From: Candidatus Levyibacteriota bacterium
GTDB taxonomy: Bacteria; Patescibacteriota; Microgenomatia; Levybacterales; GWA1-39-11
Assembly: GCA_039738415.1 (NCBI GenBank)
Contig: JBCLLY010000005.1
Coordinates: 4,306 to 68,305, forward strand
Direction: 5' to 3'
DNA: 64,000 nucleotides
The notes below the pieces were generated by a model. It was not told where the DNA came from and did not search any database. It worked only from the letters and a program-made list of their open reading frames with translations. Positions 17,980-24,566 of the stretch are shown piece after piece (position 1 is the first letter of the stretch; each line of letters starts with the position of its first letter). A program made the position numbers and the translations under genes.

Positions 17980-19746
17980 TTAAAATCCTCCGGGTGGAAT
18001 TTCACCTGCAGACCCTGTACCATCATCAACCCTATCCACCCCAGTATTTGTTTTTGCGGGTACGTCAAATTCCGGAATTCTTAAAATATCTCCAGCAATA
18101 ACCTGAAGTATGACGAATGAGAAGATAATGAATAAAAGTCCGATTATGGCAGCTGTTAATATTTCGCGGGCGTGTTTAATCCTCTCAGGATCCCCGCGGG
18201 AAATCATATAATAGTAGCCCCCGTAGATAATAAGACCGAGTGCTGCAATGAACGCAATAGATAAGACATATGAAAAAATGTTGTTGATGAAATCAAGAGG
18301 TTTAAGTCCTATCTTTCCTATCGCAGTATCAAGGGTTTTGCAGTCAAGGGGATCGTCAGGTAGTCTTTTGCCTTCTCCTCCGATAATACAGGGTAGGCGT
18401 GTACTTCTATATCCAAGCGCCTCTAATAAATCAGGTATTTTGCCAATATTCTCGCCATTTGGATCATAAATTCCGTTACTGCAGTAACTTTTTGATAAAT
18501 CTGATGTAACACTGCAAGCCATACGAAAATAGACATAACCTCCTTGGCAAATAGGCCCCTCATCAGCACCAACATCGCTATAAAATTCTCTCACCTGCTC
18601 CTTAACCTCAATAATATAAGGCTGATCAGACTCTTGAAGGGTAATATTTGTTGGCAAAGTTACCGTTCCCATATGAGCGTTTTTGTCTCTACTAAGAGTG
18701 ACGCACGCTTCACCATTACTTGGAATAAATTTAACATAATCTTTAGGATCCCACCGACCTGCTGCAATACCTTTGCCCTTTATGACAATCTGATAATTAT
18801 TTCTAAGTTTCTCCTGTTCTTTCGCCTTGTTACTGTTGAGATCGCTTTGACCGTGTCCTCTCAAATTAACAGGTAATTGATTAACAGGTAATTGACCCTG
18901 AAGCTTTCTGAAGAAGCTCATTATTATTTTCCCCTGTTCATTATATATTGTAGAAACGTCTACTTTTGCCCTAGCTTCAATTTTTATAACTAATTTATCA
19001 CCAGGGATTACTGGTATAAGCCCGTTTGGTCCCTTACCCGGGAGTATTTTTCCACCTTTTTCTTTACTCACGGTAATAACAGGGGCACCGTAGTTTATAT
19101 AAAATCCTGCGATATCGACTAATGAGTAAAGAGGATTATCCTTTCCAATCTTTTCGTAAAGCGTTAGTACGTATATTTTTCCCGGGTGGAAATAGTCGCG
19201 TCCGTTTAGGCACCCTACTTTGCCCTTACCTTTTTCACTTGGTGCGTGGTCTTTCCAATAGTTTCCGTTTTGCCCCTTCCAGTGTTCATGACTACCCTCA
19301 GTTCCCACCGCCCTTAATTTAGACGAACTATCCGCGCATACTTCTATGCTTCCCCCCACGAGTGTAAAGCGCATTATTGTCGGCTCGTCAGCCTGTTTAT
19401 TATCGAGACCATTCCTAGCGACACTTCGTGCAGTAGGGTCCCCGTCAAGTATTCCCTTTCGGATATCCTTGTCATTTATACACAAATCACGCTCTAAACA
19501 CACATAAATTTCATTTTCCCCTATGCTATTCATGGTTTCCGGTGAAAATGTTACCTTTACAGTAGTTTTATAATCATCTATAAATTGCGGTTCGGGGACA
19601 GTAGTAAATGTTTGAGCAAAGGAAGTACCTGCAAATAAGAAAAAGAAAAAGAAAAGAAAAGAGGTAATTGTTACAATTGTTTTTAACATATCTCTATCAT
19701 ACACAGAAAAGAACTCAAAAATCAAAGAAGTTAAATTGTTATACAT
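17980..19746 (-). CDS. large secreted domain fused to a C-terminal pilin-like module
   Basis: Signal or TM segment at the N-terminus, an approximately 470-aa Cys-containing extracellular region, then YGGYYYMISRGDPERIKHAREILTAAIIGLLFIIFSF, which is the same module as the three downstream pilin-like ORFs. Confidence 0.6.
   Translation of the reverse strand: MYNNLTSLIFEFFSVYDRDMLKTIVTITSFLFFFFFLFAGTSFAQTFTTVPEPQFIDDYKTTVKVTFSPETMNSIGENEIYVCLERDLCINDKDIRKGILDGDPTARSVARNGLDNKQADEPTIMRFTLVGGSIEVCADSSSKLRAVGTEGSHEHWKGQNGNYWKDHAPSEKGKGKVGCLNGRDYFHPGKIYVLTLYEKIGKDNPLYSLVDIAGFYINYGAPVITVSKEKGGKILPGKGPNGLIPVIPGDKLVIKIEARAKVDVSTIYNEQGKIIMSFFRKLQGQLPVNQLPVNLRGHGQSDLNSNKAKEQEKLRNNYQIVIKGKGIAAGRWDPKDYVKFIPSNGEACVTLSRDKNAHMGTVTLPTNITLQESDQPYIIEVKEQVREFYSDVGADEGPICQGGYVYFRMACSVTSDLSKSYCSNGIYDPNGENIGKIPDLLEALGYRSTRLPCIIGGEGKRLPDDPLDCKTLDTAIGKIGLKPLDFINNIFSYVLSIAFIAALGLIIYGGYYYMISRGDPERIKHAREILTAAIIGLLFIIFSFVILQVIAGDILRIPEFDVPAKTNTGVDRVDDGTGSAGEIPPGGF
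18866..18895. repeat. perfect 15-nt tandem duplication inside the CDS
   Basis: ttaacaggtaattga occurs twice in tandem, encoding QLPVNQLPVN in the 588-aa protein. Confidence 0.9.
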
Positions 19747-19768
19747 TAAATTGCTCTATTGTTATGCC

Positions 19769-19889
19769 CGAGTTTCGAACTTGTCATTCCGGACTTTGAT
19801 CCGGAATCTATTTTGGATCCCGCATCAAGTGCGGGATGACAAAGGTGTTTGATAAAGTATTCCTATCTTTTAATGGAGTGCGAAACTCG
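19769..19889 (+). repeat. structured palindromic element, copy A (outer stem plus two inner hairpins, GTCAT...GATGAC)
   Basis: The outer stem pairs cgagtttcg (19769-19777) with cgaaactcg (19881-19889). Inner hairpins are attccgga/tccggaat (19786-19807) and atcccgca/tgcgggat (19817-19837). Confidence 0.75.
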
Positions 19890-19907
19890 TGTTATACTGA
19901 CTTTCAA

Positions 19908-19939
19908 CAATTTGACGATTTAACGTTTTATCAATTTAA
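19908..19939. repeat. 8-nt repeat units (caatttga, cgatttaa, cgttttat, caatttaa)
   Basis: Four phased units overlap the stop of the detached wHTH fragment. A near-identical string occurs at 21332-21355. Confidence 0.7.
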
Positions 19940-20077
19940 TTATTGCTGAATTTATATCCTGTGCCTTTTATTGTTTGCAATAACTTTGGATTTGAAGGGT
20001 CAACTTCAATTTTTTTTCTGAGTCTGTAAAGTATTTGGTCGAGTGCTTGGTCAGTTACTCCCTCCTGAGTTTTTTTG
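19936..20077 (-). pseudogene. detached 3' segment of the AAA-wHTH regulator gene, in a different frame
   Basis: This frame reads ...QEGVTDQALDQILYRLRKKIEVDPSNPKLLQTIKGTGYKFSNN*. That is the missing recognition helix and wing of an OmpR/PhoB-type winged helix. The frames meet at an A7 run on the coding strand (T7 at 20070-20076). Confidence 0.65.
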
Positions 20078-21271
20078 TTCGTTCCAGATTGCGGAGATTA
20101 TCTCATCTTTAGTCAAAATTTTTTCTTTATTTTCTATTAAAAATTTCAAGAGCTTAAATTCGGAGGAGGAAAGAGTCTTGGAGATGGAGGTGTTGCCTGT
20201 CAGTATGTCATTTTTGTCAGTATCATAAGTTATGGAAGCGCTGCCTAATTGGATATTTTCTAAATAATTATCAAGTAGCGGAATTGCGATGCCATTTGTT
20301 GTAACAAGTCCTACTTTTACCAAATAGGGGTGTGAGGATAGGATTTTATCGTAGGAAAATTTTTCTTTCAGAGCCTCTTTTTCACCAATCATCAGGCTTT
20401 CCCATATTTCATTTAGAGCAGATATTATCTTAGATTGTTCTAAAAGGAAAGTTTTTAAATTCTTAACTTCATTATTTTCTGAAACAATTATTTCGTAGGA
20501 AAGCTTAGTTAGTTTGGAATGACCGCCGGTGAGTTTTATAATTTCATCGCGGACTTTTTTGTCAACAGAATTTCTTGCAGCCTTTTCAATATAATCAAGC
20601 CGGAATTTTATACCAACCGGGTCTGAAATTGCGATATAGATTTCATTTCCGGCTACTATGTCGGAAAAATCAGATAAAATTTTAACATCAACGGTATCTT
20701 CAAGAGGGCGCTTTAGAGCAAAAACTGCTCCAAATCTATATTTTGCGTGGTTGCGCAAGGTTTTCAAATTGGAAAAAAACTCCTCAGTAAGATTTGGTGC
20801 GATGGTATCAAATCTATCAAAAAGTAAAATTACCGAAAGTTTTTTTTCTATAGTTAAATAATCAATAGCTTTTTTTAGATATGAAAACATCAAAAATTCA
20901 TCGTTTAGACTAAGTCCTTCCTCAAGAAGCGCCTTTACTCTCAATGATTCATCAAGCAGATTTCGCTCACCCAGCGAAAACGAAATAGAGGACAGGATAA
21001 GCTTTATTAAATCCATATGAGGACGACCTTTTGCCTCAGCTGAGTCGATGTAGACAAAATGCGTTAATTTTTCATATCTTTTCAGGTGGTATTTCCTGGC
21101 ATTTATGTTGTAGGCAAGAAGTCTTAAGAGGTTATTTTTTCCGGTTCCCGGAAGAGCGATAATTTGAGCGGACAATCCCTTTTTTAAAAACTCTAGATAC
21201 TGCCGGATTTCTCTTTCCCGGGTATTCTGCGGGTACAAAGACTCAAAATATTTTAGCGGTGTAAGTTGCAT
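20051..21271 (-). CDS. AAA-type ATPase fused to an OmpR-type winged-helix DNA-binding domain, truncated by a frameshift
   Basis: P-loop ALPGTGKNNLLRLL. The C-terminal SSSEFKLLKFLIENKEKILTKDEIISAIW is the start of a trans_reg_C-type wHTH. The ORF stops 10 codons later. Confidence 0.7.
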   Translation of the reverse strand: MQLTPLKYFESLYPQNTREREIRQYLEFLKKGLSAQIIALPGTGKNNLLRLLAYNINARKYHLKRYEKLTHFVYIDSAEAKGRPHMDLIKLILSSISFSLGERNLLDESLRVKALLEEGLSLNDEFLMFSYLKKAIDYLTIEKKLSVILLFDRFDTIAPNLTEEFFSNLKTLRNHAKYRFGAVFALKRPLEDTVDVKILSDFSDIVAGNEIYIAISDPVGIKFRLDYIEKAARNSVDKKVRDEIIKLTGGHSKLTKLSYEIIVSENNEVKNLKTFLLEQSKIISALNEIWESLMIGEKEALKEKFSYDKILSSHPYLVKVGLVTTNGIAIPLLDNYLENIQLGSASITYDTDKNDILTGNTSISKTLSSSEFKLLKFLIENKEKILTKDEIISAIWNEQKNSGGSN

Positions 21272-21275
21272 AGAT

Positions 21276-21355
21276 TTAAATTAATAAATTGTCAAACTGT
21301 TATATTGCTACATTATAATACTGATTTTTAACAATTTGGCGATTTATCAATTTAA
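21276..21355. repeat. 8-nt repeat arrays in the divergent intergenic region
   Basis: Units at 21276-21307 (ttaaatta, ataaattg, tcaaactg, ttatattg) lie 4 nt from the ATG at 21271. Opposite-orientation units occupy 21332-21355 (caatttgg, cgatttat, caatttaa). Confidence 0.75.
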
Positions 21356-21427
21356 TTATTATAACCATTATAGCTGTTTAATTGTCTTTTTGTTAGTAAC
21401 TTATTAACTTCCCGTCAAGTTGAATAT

Positions 21428-24400
21428 ATGGTCCTAATATATAGTTGGGGCATTATGGAACGATTGACACATACACCCGAGCGGGCTTATCCTGTAGAAA
21501 GGACCATTATGGAAGAAGTTAACAAGGAGCTAGAAAAGCAAGACTCTATTGCCTCAGAAGGGGGCAGTAGGGATGATGATAAGAAAAAGATTTCAAAAAA
21601 AAGAGCAATCACCCCGGAGGATAAAAAAAGGATTAAAGAGCAGTATGAAGAGCAGAACCGTCGTAAACGCGCTCAAGGCGAGGATATAACGGAAAAAGAA
21701 CTTGAAGAGCAAAGAGAGTTTATAGAAAAAGGAATACCAATTATATCAGGAGGATCCGAAGACGGTAATTTTTCAAATTTCGACCCTACGCGTTTTGAAA
21801 GCAATAGCTCTCTTGAAGAATTAGCAAGAAAGGTACAGGCTGCAGGGCTACAGAGTAAAGTTGACAGTTCATTACTTGAAAACATACGAGCAGAGCTAAA
21901 TAGGCGCGTCCAATTAGGGCTTGTTTCAGACAATGAAAGCAGGGATTTTACAGCCTATTTAAATGAGTTTGTAAATAAGTCAAATGAAGAGGAGATTCGA
22001 AGGAAGGATGCTCCATCGGGGAGAACGGAGGAGAATTTAAGCGACACAGAGAGGGATGAGTCACAGGAAATGGACCAACTTAATCTTGGGATGGAATGGG
22101 AGCTGGCAAACTCGATAGGCGATAGTGATACTAGTCTTATTATCGATCAATTTAGAGCATCAGCAAGGAAATTAGGTGAAATATTTTCCGATAAAGAATC
22201 TAAGAAAAGCGCTGAAAAGGAGATTTTGAATATATTAAGTAGCAAAAGTGATCTTGGGGCTATGCGGGAAAATCTCAAATCTTTTTTAAGAAAAGCCGCT
22301 GAACAGAGGAAAAGGAATATATCTGAGGGTAAAATCGAAGTGAGCGCACGCGAGATAACCTCTATTCAGGACCTTTCCAAATTTATTATGGCAAGACAAG
22401 AAAGCGCCCTTTATGCCACAGGTAATAAGTATGAGCTTATAGATACTAGGGGCAACTTCAAACCCGAAAATTTTCTTATATGGGTAAGGGAGCAAATAAT
22501 TCAACTCCATGACGACAATAGAACCGCAGAAATGTCTCCACTATCTGCTGTTGCTATAGAAACAGATATCCGCACAATGACAATTTATTCTATGACCAGA
22601 TTTAAGGGGCAGTATTTTAGGGATCAGAGTACTAACGAAATACTTAGAGATCTGGCTGACAATATTGTGAATATGTGTTACTACTTCGGATTTTTTAGGA
22701 ATATGGATCTTGCGTATAGGCAGACCATGAACAGAGACGATGAGCTTCCTGAAACTATAGCAAAAATTCATGCGGGAAGTGATGTTACTCACGATGACAA
22801 CTGGGCGTCATTTCTTTCGATGCCTGATAAATACGGACATACAGTAGAAGAAGGAAGCGACTTAACTGAAACAAAAACAGGTGACGGCATGCTTGTTGCA
22901 AACGACATTTATTACAACATGTCAGATATTGAGGAGTTAAAAGCTATTTTAGGCGAAGAAAGCGGTTTTTTCTCCAAAGAAGGTTTTAAAAAAGCCATGT
23001 ATATTTTACAGGATAAATTACAGTGGCAGAATCTGGACGATTTTGCCGAGCTATATGATGTAAAAAAAGATTATTTTTATATTACAGATAGTATAACCGG
23101 AGAGAAAAAAGCAATTTTTGATAGCGATGGGAGAATTATAGAAAAAAACTTTTTTGAATTAATGAACATATTCAATAAAGCCTCAGCAGACTTTGTCCCT
23201 TTTGTAAGGGAGATGGTAAGACTCGGGGTTGCGGAGAAAACAGGGCTCGACTACGGGTTTTTGCCTACTGAAAGAGTTAATGCAGAAAAAAGTAGGTTTG
23301 AGGAAATAGTTAGCGAGATAAAAGAAGAGGCTGTCAAGAAAAGATGGAATGTCGATGATAAGCTCGCGCGTAAAAAGGCTGAAGAGAAAATTAAGAGGGA
23401 TAGAAAGGCGTCTAGAATTAATCTTACATTTGCTGAATATTCCTCATATGTACAACAAAGACCGCTTCTCGTTGCTTCTAGAAACGACACTAACCGCCGT
23501 GGATACGATGCCATGTCGAAGATGGATATTAATTATGTAATTCGACAATCATCTGAGGGTACGGCAGGATCAATTGGAAATGAAGAGTTTTACCTAAATC
23601 CTATTTTTAAAAATATCGGAGTTGATTTTTTAACAGGGTTAAAAACTAATAGCGGTAGGGCTCCTGTTGAGATATTTAGGGACATAAGAGAGGTGAGAAA
23701 CAACAAGGAACTAAGTCTAACGGAAAAACAAGAGAGGAAAAATAAGTTGCTAGCTGAATTAAGATTTAAGGAAGGTGCAGCGCTTGATTTTACAGCGAAT
23801 CATATCAAAAGGGCGTTTCAGATATTCCACGCTCTTACGGGGGGGGAAGAAATGAATCTGGACAAGATAGTCCAATATAAGCCGATGACTCAAGGGGGAA
23901 TTTTTTTCGATACAGCAGAATTTGAAAAACAAATAAAGGAAGAGCATATAAAGCCTCTGCGTTATGCCTTCGCATCAAACGACGCACTAAATTATGGTGC
24001 TATCATAAGAAGCTTTCAATATCTCGACAAAGATGGCATGCCTGTTTATAAAGACGCAACACTTGTAGAGCATATGTTTGGCGATATAGTGCTTGATGAG
24101 ATAAGACAAAATGCCAGGAGGGGAAGGCTTAAAGGCAAGCGGGTAAATGAGGATGGAAAAGTTGAAGAAAGAAGTCTTTCTTTTGAAGAGTATGTTAATT
24201 CTCGTGAAGGAAGAACTAGAATTGTAAAAAATGTATCCAGGGCGAAAATTGCTGCTGAGTTAAAAAAACACAGAAAGTACGGAGCTCCTGTAGAGCGATG
24301 GAATGCAGGAATGGTCGAGAAATTTATATCAGCACTTGAGTCAATTCACGCTCTTGAGCGCGATCCGAATAACCCCGATAAGATAATCGAAAATCCAAAC

Positions 24401-24565
24401 AAGCGTTTTTACTCCAAGGAAGATATACTGTGGATAAGAAAACATTCGGGAACTGGTAGGATGAGGATGTTTGTGAGAGATATTTTGATTGCGGAGGGGG
24501 GAACCGGACTTATAAAAGGGAGTTACGGAGTAGTAAAGGATTTTATAGAGGATATATTTAAGTAA
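21428..24565 (+). CDS. large (1045 aa) soluble, highly charged hypothetical protein
   Basis: Uninterrupted ORF with no TM segments and no motif I recognise. An alternative start exists at ATG 21455. Divergent from the AAA-wHTH gene and convergent with the VirB6-like gene. Confidence 0.55.
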   Translation: MVLIYSWGIMERLTHTPERAYPVERTIMEEVNKELEKQDSIASEGGSRDDDKKKISKKRAITPEDKKRIKEQYEEQNRRKRAQGEDITEKELEEQREFIEKGIPIISGGSEDGNFSNFDPTRFESNSSLEELARKVQAAGLQSKVDSSLLENIRAELNRRVQLGLVSDNESRDFTAYLNEFVNKSNEEEIRRKDAPSGRTEENLSDTERDESQEMDQLNLGMEWELANSIGDSDTSLIIDQFRASARKLGEIFSDKESKKSAEKEILNILSSKSDLGAMRENLKSFLRKAAEQRKRNISEGKIEVSAREITSIQDLSKFIMARQESALYATGNKYELIDTRGNFKPENFLIWVREQIIQLHDDNRTAEMSPLSAVAIETDIRTMTIYSMTRFKGQYFRDQSTNEILRDLADNIVNMCYYFGFFRNMDLAYRQTMNRDDELPETIAKIHAGSDVTHDDNWASFLSMPDKYGHTVEEGSDLTETKTGDGMLVANDIYYNMSDIEELKAILGEESGFFSKEGFKKAMYILQDKLQWQNLDDFAELYDVKKDYFYITDSITGEKKAIFDSDGRIIEKNFFELMNIFNKASADFVPFVREMVRLGVAEKTGLDYGFLPTERVNAEKSRFEEIVSEIKEEAVKKRWNVDDKLARKKAEEKIKRDRKASRINLTFAEYSSYVQQRPLLVASRNDTNRRGYDAMSKMDINYVIRQSSEGTAGSIGNEEFYLNPIFKNIGVDFLTGLKTNSGRAPVEIFRDIREVRNNKELSLTEKQERKNKLLAELRFKEGAALDFTANHIKRAFQIFHALTGGEEMNLDKIVQYKPMTQGGIFFDTAEFEKQIKEEHIKPLRYAFASNDALNYGAIIRSFQYLDKDGMPVYKDATLVEHMFGDIVLDEIRQNARRGRLKGKRVNEDGKVEERSLSFEEYVNSREGRTRIVKNVSRAKIAAELKKHRKYGAPVERWNAGMVEKFISALESIHALERDPNNPDKIIENPNKRFYSKEDILWIRKHSGTGRMRMFVRDILIAEGGTGLIKGSYGVVKDFIEDIFK

Positions 24566-24566
24566 G

